DNA of 49,361 nucleotides, filler included, from Sphacelaria rigidula (lineage: Eukaryota), in assembly GCA_964200075.2 (NCBI GenBank). It is 3 parts of 3 records of this genome, joined end to end, with 100 filler letters (N's around TTAATTAATTAA, not from the genome) between each part and the next. Parts side by side here need not be neighbours in the genome. Positions count along the whole stretch, not along the records: positions 32,981 to 49,361 come from CAXNAA020001380.1; 2 more parts are not named here. One strand, written 5' to 3'. Numbering within the stretch: position 1 is the first letter of the stretch; every line of letters starts with the position of its first letter. Below, piece after piece: positions 37,650-49,361 of this stretch. A model generated the notes under the pieces. It saw nothing but the letters and a program-made list of their open reading frames with translations. It made no database searches and was not told where the DNA came from. The position numbers and the translations under genes were made by a program.

Positions 37650-40600
37650 GTACTCGTAGCATGTTTGAATACAAGCAGAATATAGAGTCGGTGTTCTAGA
37701 AGCAATTCACGATCTTCTTTCAGCCTCCTGGCATGCACGTACGCTGGCTATAACATACTTACTATCAAACTCAGGTGAACACGCCTTCGATGTAAATTGC
37801 GGATAGCGACCCGGCGGGACACCGAAGCATTCTCGACGTGTAATGCGGACATTTTGAGCGTGCCCCTGGACAAGGCATTTCTTCTGCACACGCTCGATTC
37901 AAATCGACGCCCCCACAAAATACTATACATTTTGCGGTATATAACAAAACAGCGCGATACTCCCGAGATGATCATGATACATCCGACCGCTGGTGTCGAA
38001 GTGTGCGTGTGCGAAGTAGGTAGGAAACCAATGGATGGAAAACCTCGCACTCCGGGCGCGAACGACATCCAACAGCTTGTGTTGATGGCGTATTTCTCGT
38101 GTGTGAAGTACGTGGTCATCCATCCCCGGGTCTCCGTCAAGGCACTCCGGACAAAACCAAATTTGGTTGTGAGGGGGGGTGGGAGGGGGAGGAAGGCCGG
38201 GCAGTCTAACTCCAAGTTATTGGGCTACCAGACTAGATGAGAGTTGTAAAAGTTAAATTGACAACTTTGGCCTGTTGGGGAGGTGGTCAAGGAGAAGATG
38301 ACGTCACCTTCCCTTAAGAGAACAGGTTCGCTTAGGACAAGTTCTCGCTCTCGCCTTGCATCGGAGAGGATTTACAGATTGTAGCCGACGGACGCGCTGT
38401 TGTTTGTCCTCTTTTTGGGTCGGCGCTGTAGTAACTCGAAGGTACTTGGTGGCGATTGTTGGCGGCGACACCATCCATCTCACAGTTACGCCACCAATCT
38501 ACAGCTGATGAAATGTCGTGAAGCCATACTTACTGAGAAGATATCGTGAGGGCCCATGTACACCTGACGTCCGCCGTCGCCCACGGCATTGCTTGTTGAA
38601 TATCGGAAATGTTGGAGCATCTCTTCACTCCCTCTGATGGCCGGGCTTTGATGGCGAAGTAGTGGCGACATGAGCGCGCGCAGTTGCTGTTCAATACTAT
38701 CAGTGATGTCGGATGACCCGCGTGTTTCGTCCAGAGGGCGCATGTTGCTCTCATGAACATATATATTTTAAATACTACACCCACTCAATGTTTTCGTTGC
38801 TCGCTCTATCGCAGGCCCTCAAGTCCGTTCCACACGCGGCAGCGGTGCAGACCGTAGGCTGCCGTGACCTCAAGAGATCGATGGAATTTGCGGACATGCA
38901 TGGTGAGGTTCAAAACACTGTGACCGGCTTTATCGTATCCCACGTTGCAAAAAATACTGGCAGGTTGCGACTGAAGCGGGTGAAATTCTGCCAAGACTGT
39001 TTTACTCATTGTTCTTGATACCCACCAATTAGCCATGTGTGTTTGGAAGTTTCGTACGGAAACTTATAAAGGTGTGTCTTGTCGAGACAAGAAGCGGAAG
39101 CACGAAGATGAACAAAGTCATGAAATTTGCCGGCCAACAGAAACCGCCTTGGGTCCTCACGAAGATTCATACAACTGGCTTCTTGGGAAGAGCGGTGATT
39201 CTTTTCGTACTGGACGCTGTGGTGAGACAGGTCTGGAAACCTCAACGGGCGTGACTGAAACACGTGACTAAATCATGTTACACCGTCACAACACAGCCGG
39301 AGCATGCACGCATTGACATCCACGGCACGAGTGCTGTACACCTGATGCTAATCTATTCACGGTGCGCTCTCGTTTCACGGCGATCCATTCGTCATCGGAA
39401 GATGACTGGCCGCGTTTATGCAACAAAACTTGCTCGAGACGAATTCGTCGACCGTTTGTGGGTGTGTAATACAGTGCCTGTCTGACATGAATCATCGTCT
39501 GATTCAGTTTTGAAAAAAAGAAACTACGAGCTAAGAGCGTTGTACTCGAGTCGATCAATAGCTACGACTCGAGACATTCGTTTTCTATGCTGGGACGGTA
39601 AGATCAAAAGTTTACACACGTCGGGCAGTTCATGACCTACCTCAAATAGCTCATCAAAGAGCACTCTCTGATTTACTGTCAAAGAACACACAATACGTGA
39701 CAGCGGCGTCCGAGAAGCCAATGCTGTAGACAGTAAATATGAAAAAGAGCGTCCACGAGAGCTAGCCGATGTATCTACTTGAAAACATGCGGTCGAATCG
39801 AATTGGTTGCTACAAGGCCGTATCAGATACGTCCACGGCATTCATGTTCTCATATGCCTTTAAGTCCATTTGATGATTAGTTGCACGCGACGGGCAGGGT
39901 CAAAAACAGAAGACCTTGGCTTTTCGAGCGAAACGAGCGGCGGAATGAACGAAGGGGCACCTAAGTCCTATGTTGCAGACAACCGTGCCAGATGCTCCCC
40001 TTTCACAGAATTACTCAAAACCCATATGGTTCATTCGCAGCTACCCACTCGACCCTGCAGCATAGGTCACAAACTGAGCACAGGAATACATACACTACAG
40101 TGATGGGAAACCGACACCATCACACTTTTGGCAGGGTGTGTTTCTTCTTTTTGGCGAAAACTTGGGCATCTAATTTTGTGGCAGGGTCCACCGACTGAGG
40201 TACGTGCTGAGGTGGGCGATCGAACTGCCAACGCGCTCATGGACGGTAGAGGCGGTGCGAAAGTACACGTGGTTCAAATTTGCTTCGCATCCTCCTGTGT
40301 GCACAGAATCACAAAGCTGTGCTGTCTGTATGTCGCGCTGCCCGCTTCTTTTCCACATCGCGCCTGCATGCTGTGCGAAACACACACCGTCTAGACAGTA
40401 CAGGCCGCCACTGTTGTACAGTCTGTACTATCTGTACTGTACTGTCCATTAAATATAATCAAAGAAGTACCGCTTCACGAATTTTGCTTAGCCTTTTCGA
40501 TTCGAAGCGTGCAAATTCGCTCGGACCCAAACATGAACATGGCAAAACCGGGCTGGGACGGAGACGTCGGAGAACATGTCTGATGCGGAGTAACTTTGTT

Positions 40601-40893
40601 TGGGTGCGGGTGTGAGGGTGTGTGTTTGTACGTGTCCGCCAGGGATCTTTTTCCCCGGCGTAACTTCGTTTCGGTGCGTACGTGCATGTGAATGTGTATG
40701 TGTTCGTCAAGCAGGGCGGCAATTACGCACTAGGGTGTGTGGCTTTTGTCGCAGGTCAAAACGCGAACCGCCTCCCGCACGAGAAAGCGAGGAAGCAATA
40801 GCAGCAGTAACAGTAACAGTAACAGCAGCAGCAGCATCTTCGCTCCCAGCATATGTGTACGGCTGCGGGTGGTTCTGAATCACCCGTTGCCGA

Positions 40894-40930
<37 letters not shown>

Positions 40931-43900
40931 CTTCCTCGTGAGGGAGACGGTCCGCGTTGCGATCGTGCCACAACGCCCACGCACCTCGCGCTTGATAGCC
41001 ACCGTGCCGGGAGATATAGCTGTGCGCATCTCTGTGCGAGCTGTGCACACCGGGTGTGTCCCGCTCGTGTGGCTACTGCTCGTGATGGGAATAAAGCCAG
41101 CGTCCAATACAGGGGACTACAAAGATGACGTACTGAAAATGCAGTGGGTGTAAAAACACGCGAGCAGATCATAATCGATTTCGAACAGGGAGGGGTAAAC
41201 GTGACAGGCGCATGGGCATTGTCGCAGATCGAAACGTGGGCCACCTTCCGCACGAGAAGAAGCAGCAGCAGCAGCAGCAGCAGTAGCATCTTTCCTGACA
41301 GCAAATTTGTACGACTGGGGGTGAGTCTGAATCAGCCGGTGCCGATACTGATGATGCTGATGATGCTGCTGCTGCTCTTCCAACGGTCCGCGTTTCGACA
41401 GTGCGACAACCCCCACGCACCTTGCGAGTGATCGATACTACCCGCCGATGTGTCCATGCTTGCTCACTGGGCGAAGTGCTGTGACATACAGCTGTGCGCA
41501 TCTCTGTGAGAGCTGTGCACGTCCGAGTGTGTCTCCCACGCGTGGCTACTGCCGATGATGGAATCAAAGCCAGCGTGGCCACCGCTAGTGATCGGAAGCC
41601 AACCGTACGCTCCATGAAAAGCCGAACAGCCCACACCTTGCAGCCATGTGAAGTTCCTCTTCGCACTCTCACGCGAATGTTCATCCGCTCTCACAAAAAA
41701 TATGAACGATAGAAGTGTCGTGAGGGTGATTCCGGGGGAGATCAGAATGTGGCATCAACTCACAACCAATCGGAATCACAAGAAGAAAAAATCCCCGACC
41801 GCCACGATCACCATCACGATTACGTCGCGTTCCCACACTTGTGGACTCGATAACACGGGCCCTGAGCACGCGCCGTGAGAGTGAGAGTAATTCTGGCGTT
41901 TGTCGCGATTTTCTTCTTGTCTTTCCAATCGGTTGACCATCAGCTCCCAACCAATCGGAAGGGCGAGAAAGAAACAAGGTCACCTGAACCGCCACAATCA
42001 CTCGCACTAGTACGGCGCGTTCTCACTAAGCTTGTGTCGTCCAAACCGCCCCTCATCCGATTGTCTTGCTCTATTTTGCCATCTGAAAGATTCTGGACAC
42101 GTTGGAAAAAAAACAAAATGTTTGGAGCGCGACGAATCTCTTGTAGTTGTATACTGATGAAAATTCCGGTGGTTGTCGACGATTTTGTACAAAGCTAGTA
42201 CTGAGTTAGTACCGCGGCAGTAGCCCAGAAATATTTTACATATGTGTCAAAAGCCATCAATGTCAAAGCATTATGAAGTAATCTGCACGCAGAGGGAGAG
42301 CAGTCGAATGAAAATCGAGCAAAATGCGAAGAGACTAACTCATAGGTACTGGGCGGTCAATCGCCCACCACATTCTTCGAATACAAAAAACAGACGAGAT
42401 TGATTCATCCAAGTATAGGTGAAGTACAGTACGGTGGGATCCTACTGTTTTGAGGTGCTACACACCACAGTACAGCACGAAAACAGTAAGGCACATCAAC
42501 CCAACCAACAAGAACATTTCAGTAATCCAGTACAAACCGCGAGACAGAAAAGTACACTACATGATATCTTCCATGATCATCGCCAGAGCACATGGCGTCA
42601 CCACCAGTTGGTTCCACTGGCTGTCTAAACCTGCGCAAGTTTTTGATCACCAGCATAGCCCAACAACACTGCAGCAAGCGCAGGTGCGACCTGTGGTGCC
42701 ATGAAACCGACCGCGATTTGGTATCAAGAACATCAAATGAGTAATGTGATGGCACTGTACGCCACCATCTGTACGTCCCGTTTATACAGATTGGGGGGGG
42801 AATGCTTTTCCCAATTTCGTCGCATATTAACCCTTAGACCGCGAGATAAGTCTTTCTAGATCATGGCTACTTTTTTCCCTTGAAATTGATACCGATTCAA
42901 CAGAAGACTAACCTCGCGGTCCAAGGGTTAATCTGCGTCCGGATTAAAACTTGTGGGCCATAATGGGTTAATCTGAGTGAATGCTCGCTCTGAGTCCAGC
43001 AACATGCTTCCAACACGTGACCCCACTTCAGTGTTGGAGGTATGACGATTCCAGACAACTTGATTGCTTGGACTTGGAGTACCCCCTCCTCCCAAATTTT
43101 GCCTTTTGTAACGAATTGGGGTTTGGTGCAGTCTATTGCTTATACGCCACTCCCTGGCTTTACAAATTGTTTTGGTGGGTATTCAAGCTGTGCACCATGA
43201 ACGTAGACATCAACCATCACCTGGCTACAATGTGGATGCGGAACGCCATCACTTTCACTCACCTCTCGTACAGTCTGCAGTAATCTGAGGGGAGCAGAAT
43301 TCCAGGTGATGTTATATAAAAGGTGATGGAGGTACTCGTACAGTGCAATCTAACCATGTGTTGTCGCGGGTGCACACGTTCCGGAATACAGCACGGCACA
43401 TATTTGGTTGCGTGTCGTTGATGGTGGATCGCCACTGCACTCTTCGTTGCAGACTAACTACTCCATATTCTCGAGGTGGGGTGAAGTGAGGATCCAATCA
43501 TACTGCCAGGGTTGACCTTCATGCACCACAATGGAACATGTCAACTCGTCAAGTGCCCAACACCTGGAAAAGGCACACGGTCTACACGTCCTTGTGTATC
43601 GATGAAAGAGTTCGTATGTCTCGGAATTGCCGCCCCCATCCCCGTCTCCTCCTCTGTGGTCTGAGCAACAGTGAAAAATATCTCACGTTGAGCAAATATC
43701 AACTCGCCAGCACTCGGCAGACAAGTGCCGCAGCTGCAGAAGTGATCTACTGAACAAGATACTTCTTAGCCGACCCGATCTCCTCTCCCCTCCTCTGGGG
43801 TGTGAGATCAGTCTCGCGTCAACGTCGGAGCTCAGCCTATCTGGTCCTCTTTCTTGCGCTCGACGTTGAGTCGCTTCCTCTGGGTCACTGTCATCCCTCG

Positions 43901-46538
43901 CCACTTCTCCTGGGATGCGTACCTTCGTGTGGCAAAATGACTCACTCGTCGATTTGATCAATTTCAGCTCAGATGACGGAGTCGAGAAGCCCTACTGCGT
44001 GTATTCGGAGACTTCCCCTTTTGGGCAAAAATCTACGGGCGTATTGTCGAATTTGGATAATACGTGCCTCCCCCGTGGATTGTACAAGCTAGTGGGTGAT
44101 GATGAGTGCGTTTTTTTCCCTCCCAAAGCTTTCTCTGGACCTTCCCGGCACACCTGTCGTCCATGGTCGATAATTTGAGTTCTTCTTGTGGCTGATGAGT
44201 CTGACATTTTCCGGTGTAACACGGTGGATCAGGTTAGTAATGGGAGCCCATGTCCACGCGCCGCCCGCGGCCAGGTTGACCCATGTTAACCTCGCCGGCA
44301 GGGAGTGACTTGCACTTGGACGATGACCCCATGAACATCTGGTTCTCGAGTAGCTCTAGTAATCCAGTCGTGGGTACCCGAGTGTGAGTATCAACTCTTT
44401 CTACTGCAGAGCTCTTTTGGCAAATGTTTGCTCTGTTACCCAGCAACGCAAAAAGTAACATCATACTTGCACACCGATGCACTCTCACCATGACCGCAGG
44501 CATTCCGAACCGGGTTGGCAGCTATGCGGAAGTGGCCGAAGACCCAGACGTGGAAATCGTCTACGTGGGAATGTTGCACCCTTTCCACTATGAGAACGCG
44601 TTGGTGGCTCTGCAAAACGGCAAGCATGTGCTAGTGGAAAAGCCTTCCACGTGCAGCTTGTCTGACACTCGAGCGCTCGCGGCGATGGTGCGTGACTGTA
44701 CTAACTCCCCCCCCGCCCCCTCCGCTGCCAACGGGATCATGAAGAGCCTGAGAAGCTGTTCTGTCCCCTCAATGGTAAGTCCATCTATAAGTTGTTTCTT
44801 GTTCGTTGTCCCGCTTTCACATGATAACAGGCCAAGGAAAAAGGCGTTTTTTTTATGGAGGGGATGTGGACGCGTTTCTTTCCCGCGATGGCAAAGGCCC
44901 GTGAGCTGGTGCAGGCTGGAGTGGTGGGAGACGTCGTGGCAGTGCACTCAGACTTCGGCTTTAATGGGAACGATGTTGCCAACTACCCGGACCACGTTTT
45001 CTACGATCTGCACCTAGGCGGCGGCGGACTTTTTTACGTTGCACCGTACCCTGTAGCAGTGGCATCCGAGTTCCTTGGGCCAGGACTGCCTTCCCGCATA
45101 GCGGCTGCGGGAGTCAAGGACAAGCTAACTGGTGTCGATCTCAGTGGAGCTATCTCGCTTCACTACGCTGGGAGAGGCATCGCTTCCCTCACGTACAACA
45201 TTCAGGTTTGTACATGTTTTCGGTGTCAAAGTTTCTGTCTGACTCCTTCCACGACATCAACCGCGTGCTCTCCGGACGCATGTTGGCTCTGAGGATCCCC
45301 TTCATGGAAGTGGATACAGGGCACACCTTGTGAAGGTCATCATCCGTACATTTTTTTTCGCTTACGCATGATCGCATTACGATCTTACGCGGCAGTGAAA
45401 ACGCAGAGCGAGTCCCACGTTCTATCCCAAAAGCTGCGCTGCTAGCACCAGTCCAGCAAAACTTTTGGTCCAATTTGGGAATGCTAGCGTCCGAACAGTC
45501 CTGGTAGGTACTGCGGAAATCTGCGATGAGTGTTTCCAGTCGACTACGAGTGAGGGCCGAGGGTTGCATTGGGTTGAATCTAGACGCTCTGTGCGACTGG
45601 GCGACGTCTCTCCTCCTCTCTTCACCGCCCCCTGCCTGTTCGGTTGTTTTTTGTTTGTAGGCTGAAACCGAAGAAGAGACCAGCATCATCGGCACAAAAG
45701 GGCGCATCAAGATTCTGTCTCCCAGTCATGCCCCCACGGCTATTGAGGTCTCAATCAAGCGGAATGGTCGAGGTGCGTGAGGGGGGATTTGCTCTCGACG
45801 GATTTCAACGCTTTCACGTCAAACGAATTTTCGTGCAATGTTGCTCCGCAGCAATTTTGTGGCGTTTTAGCGAATCGGTTGCGTTTTGGTAAAAGTGCGT
45901 GATGCAGCCATCAAGGTTGCGGCGACCTCCACTCTGCTGTCTCGTCTTGTACCAACCCTCCGTTGTTCCACGCGTGGAATCTCCTTCGTGCAGCGAACAC
46001 GACCACGGAGCGCATGGAATTCCCACTGCCACCCCTTCCCGCATCGGTGGAGGAAACAGGGGGATTTAACTACCCCAACTCCAATGGGTTCCAGTTCGAA
46101 GCCGAAGCGATATACGAATCCATTCGTGCAGGAGAAACCAGTTGTCCACTGTATTCGGTGGACGAGATGGTCGCGGTGCGTTGCCCCATCTAGTAAATGC
46201 AGCTAGTGTTCGCGTTTTTCATGCATTAGGCGACGTTCGTTTATGGTTGCGCAAGACTACTCGTTGACTGGCATGCCCGCGGACCATTACAGGTCGGTTG
46301 TCAGTGTACAGTTACCCTAGCTCGTGCCATTCCCCGAAACAAGTCCGGAAATAATCAAAGGGAGGCGGTGGCCTTGATTGTTGCAGTTCAGCCGTTCTTT
46401 CACCCCTCACGACTGGTGCGTTGTGTAATGTGCAACGTTGATGCGACTCTTCATGTGCACTTTCATCGTATCTGCCTCTGACAGGTGATGCACGTTTTGG
46501 AGGAGACGCGCAATCAGCTCAAGATTGACGACGTCTAG
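37557..46538 (+). CDS. DHDH: Gfo/Idh/MocA-family NAD(P)-dependent oxidoreductase (dihydrodiol dehydrogenase / D-xylose dehydrogenase-like), 7 exons, 363 aa
   Basis: Manual splicing of 37557-37649, 38815-38902, 44500-44687, 44831-45205, 45661-45772, 45994-46175 and 46485-46538 gives 1092 nt. All introns are GT-AG, phases match, and the CDS ends in TAG. Family motifs: LRWGIMGAGRVCHDF (Rossmann fold), DVEIVYVG..HPFHYE, GKHVLVEKP, FMEGMWTRFFP, GGGGLF, IIGTKGRI, NSNGFQFEA. Confidence 0.9.
38815..38902 (+). CDS. DHDH: oxidoreductase exon 2 (ALKSVPHAAAVQTVGCRDLKRSMEFADMH)
   Basis: Acceptor tcgcag|GCC, donor G|gtgagg. Matches the V..R...A..FA..HG segment typical of the family; phases fit exons 1 and 3. 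Confidence 0.85.
40730..41580. repeat. two tandem ~470-bp diverged units, each a fold-back with (CAG)n/(CTG)n inside its arms
   Basis: Units ~40730-41105 and ~41200-41577 align (e.g. agctgtgcgcatctctgtg.gagctgtgcac, aaagccagcgt). Within each unit, cacgagaa..agcagcag is mirrored by ctgctgct.ttc. Confidence 0.8.
42831..42927 (-). mobile_element. 97-bp piggyBac-like MITE (family B) in oxidoreductase intron 2
   Basis: TTAA TSD on both sides, same TIR, interior is the reverse complement of the 18293 copy. Confidence 0.88.
44500..44687 (+). CDS. DHDH: oxidoreductase exon 3
   Basis: GSYAEVAEDPDVEIVYVGMLHPFHYENALVALQNGKHVLVEKP; acceptor cgcag|, donor |gtgcgt. Confidence 0.92.
44831..45205 (+). CDS. 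DHDH: oxidoreductase exon 4
   Basis: AKEKGVFFMEGMWTRFFPAM...DLHLGGGGLF...; acceptor aacag|, donor |gtttgt. Confidence 0.92.
45661..45772 (+). CDS. DHDH: oxidoreductase exon 5
   Basis: AETEEETSIIGTKGRIKILSPSHAPTAIEV; acceptor tttgtag|, donor |gtgcgt. Confidence 0.88.
45994..46175 (+). CDS. DHDH: oxidoreductase exon 6
   Basis: FPLPPLP...FNYPNSNGFQFEAEAIYESIRAGETSCPLYSVDEM; acceptor gtgcag|, donor |gtgcgt. Confidence 0.88.
46485..46538 (+). CDS. DHDH: oxidoreductase last exon (VMHVLEETRNQLKIDDV*)
   Basis: Acceptor ctgacag|, phase 0, typical C-terminal helix of the family, TAG stop. Confidence 0.82.
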   Translation: MMHVLEETRNQLKIDDV

Positions 46539-49361
46539 TGTAGGGCCCCAGCATCCACGAGTGGGTTCGTCCATGTTCGAGAGTACCAGTTAGCAATCCA
46601 TGTCTCGTGGTGTTGCAAGTTTGTGTACACCAAATCGATCACTTGGCGGGGGGGCCTGCGTTGTACACGTTCTTTACGATGAAGACTGCGTCCCTTGATG
46701 TAAGATTCAGGATTTTCGTTATCTTGGCCACGGATGTTAGGCGAATGGCATGACAATTTTGAGTGTCGTGTTTGTGTGACGCACCCATGCGCGCGTGACT
46801 GCGAGTGAAGTAGCTGCGAACTCCGTCTTCTAGGAGGCTTATTCGAAGATTTATAAATATGCTGTTTAGCTCTGGGTTGTGCCCCTTGACAGGGTAAGGG
46901 TTTAGAGTCTGAGTACAAAAGTAGTAACATCATCCAGGATTCAAATTGTTACAAATCAATGAGAACCTGCGTGGCCGTTGGAACCACTGCCCATCGTTTC
47001 ACTGGTTCGTTCAAAAGTCGATGTAGGCGACCTTGTATTGTCCCCTGGTGTGCTGCCTTGTGTTTAGCTCGCCCGAATGTGCGAATTTTGACGGCTCTCA
47101 CCGGACGATTTTGAAGAGGTGGCGTCGGTTGGTTTGTATCGATGATTTTTTAGGGCTAGCAATGGTTGACCTGTGAAGAAAATTTCGAGTGTTCAGATGC
47201 TACTGATACATTGCGAAAAGTAGGTGGGTGTTGGGTCTGTTTCACGTGCGATTGCCAACCTTATCGGTCAGGCGGTAGTAATATGTTCTGTGAACTGTGA
47301 AGAGAAAAGCGGCAATGGACGCTTCTTTTTATCGAAAAGCACTGACATGAGGAGCAATAGGAGGAGATCGAGTGACTCTATTTTTTGTTTGAAAAGGTCG
47401 CGGTGGAGTATTGGCGGGGTGGATATGAGGTGCTTGTGTGATCGATGGCAAGTGTATGCTCGCGTACATTGTTTGCAACATGATGGATGACAGACGCGAT
47501 CCCGACTGTTGCACCTGTGTGCGAGGGAGAGTGCACGAATTGCGCTCAGTGCCCTCCGCAAAAACTCTGGGGGCAACACCTCACAACACGGAGGATCATC
47601 AGGGCACTTCCACGATCGTGTGGGTGTGTAATGGCGGTCTCTTGATGTTGCAGGAGAAATTGCGCTCTGACTTGAACTTCAGCGAGGGAGTATCTCGTAG
47701 TGTAGTCCTGGCGGAAAAAACACAGGGTGTATCCCAGGCAAGCAGCTCTTCCATTACAATGAAAGTACCCTCCCTAAAAACCGTAGCACCGCCTCGGAGT
47801 ATGCCGTGCCCTCTTATCGATCAATCGAGCACCTTTCTCACATACTGTCCATCCCGGCACCCTGAGTGGATGACCTCCTGGTGGCACTTCAGCGTCCGGT
47901 TATAATGCCAGCTAAAAGTCGGTGTTCGATTGTCCGGAACTTTTGGTGCACGATTCCCTTTAGACGGATGGGTGCGTCGGTACCAACTAATCTTTTAGTA
48001 ACCCTTTCGGAACTTACCATGGGAAATTGATCATTTGTAATTGACGGTTTTTGAGCAAGTTATGGTCGATGGTTTACAGCTCAGACACACCGACATTTTC
48101 CCAATGCTATATAAATATTTTTCTCAACCCGTACGAGTGACAGTGTAAAGCGACGTTGCTTATTATCGTGGATGGATACAATTTGACACACTTCATCCCT
48201 TGCGTGGTATGACTGGACAAACCTCACCCGACCTATGCAGGGAGGACATTTTCCCTGCACTCGCTGCGTATGCCACTGGATTCTTGATCGGTCTTCCATG
48301 ATGAAATGGTTGCCGGCGGCCTATTCTGCTCCCATATTTTCCTCTTTGTCGGCCTCTCGTGATTAGGCGTTTGGCCCGGGGACTGGGGGAGGGTTCCGAA
48401 AGGGTTGATGGGGCATTCTTGAGATATTTTGCTTCCTCCGAAACAACGTTTTTTTTCCCACACAGATCTCGGAAACAATTGCTGGATACAAAGTTTCGGC
48501 GCTAGATTTCCGGAGATATCTGCAGTTTGGCCGCTTCGCAGAGTATGAAGACAGACTCGATGAATACAAGGCAACCTGAAGTTGAAGCGTACATTGATGA
48601 CTGAATTTTTCGAACGAGGTAACAAACGCTCGTCCTAAACCCAAAACCGACCCAACGCGTACGAAACTCTCTGGCGAAGAGGGTGTATGAGGTCCCCTCG
48701 ACAAAGTGTTACGATTGAGAGCGAATGTTTCCGAGGGCCTAATCGGCCAAGGCCTGTCTGTATTCCATCCACGCCAGGAAAGAGTCTTCTAGTTGGGCAG
48801 ATCTCAGCGGCGTCTCTAAAGCTGTTGTCGTGGATCCATGGTTAATTTAGTTTTCTACTGGAACGACAAATTTAGGGTCATTATGTTATTGCTTGGTAGC
48901 ATGTCTACGGGTTTTAACGTTACAGATTATCAAGATCCCTGTTTTTTTGTTCTTAATTCTTTCAAAAGTGACAGCACGACTGCTTGATTGTAGAATGGAG
49001 CTTTTTGAGAAAAATCATGGTTTGGGGGAGGTAAGTGGTCGATCAAGCTTGTCCAACACGTATTCTTGTCGAAATCAGTGACTGCGGCGTCGACTCGAGA
49101 TCTGCCAATCCACACTTACTTTGCCTTGAGCACCTTGTGCGCGCCCCCTTGCCCGAGGGTCTCGTACGCCGCCTGTCGCTAGAATATTCTTGGAAAGCAT
49201 AGCAAACCTTTCCGAAGCAACTTTTTCCGAGGGAAATCAATCCGCCAAGGCCTGTATACGGTCCAAAATCCGCTATGAAAGGCTCAAATAACAGCCGATG
49301 ATCTATGTTGAGGATGGTGCTTTTCATTGAGGATGAGAACCCGGAGGATTAAAATCTTCGT

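Noticed and set aside
40600-41712. Multiple ORFs with poly-A/L/S/Q/C tracts
   Set aside because: Stop-free trinucleotide repeats within an intron; no coherent gene structure.
46540-49361. Short ORFs and a weak repeated motif (ccgaggg..aatc.gccaaggcctgt at ~48730 and ~49227)
   Set aside because: No recognisable domain or splice pattern; probably decayed repeat DNA.

Overview
Eukaryotic, intron-rich, gene-poor and repeat-dense DNA. It is most likely from a brown alga or related stramenopile; this is inferred from the kinase sequence, long GT-AG introns, CAG-rich exons and a CAAT-tailed SINE. Three contigs are joined by 100-nt N gaps carrying an artificial TTAATTAATTAA linker (16391-16490, 32881-32980). 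Two genes are securely recognisable, arranged head-to-head about 1.1 kb apart. One is a complete 7-exon Gfo/Idh/MocA (dihydrodiol dehydrogenase-like) oxidoreductase on + (37557-46538, 363 aa by manual splicing). The other is the first two exons of a MAPK15/ERK7-type kinase on - (36462-35274), whose remaining exons I could not find in the window. There is also a large Gln-rich exon (21733-22754) and several weak orphan exon candidates. The rest holds at least four MITE families (one piggyBac-like with TTAA TSDs, one Harbinger-like fold-back with TTA TSD), a tRNA-derived SINE, microsatellites and decayed sequence. The most unusual object is a ~560-bp palindrome (28305-28864) made of two convergent copies of a small membrane-protein-like ORF. 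It has frame-preserving indels and G-U-biased mismatches, and sits in a cluster of further hairpins (25.5-32.7 kb) that includes a miRNA-like stem-loop. All alignments and counts were done by eye.
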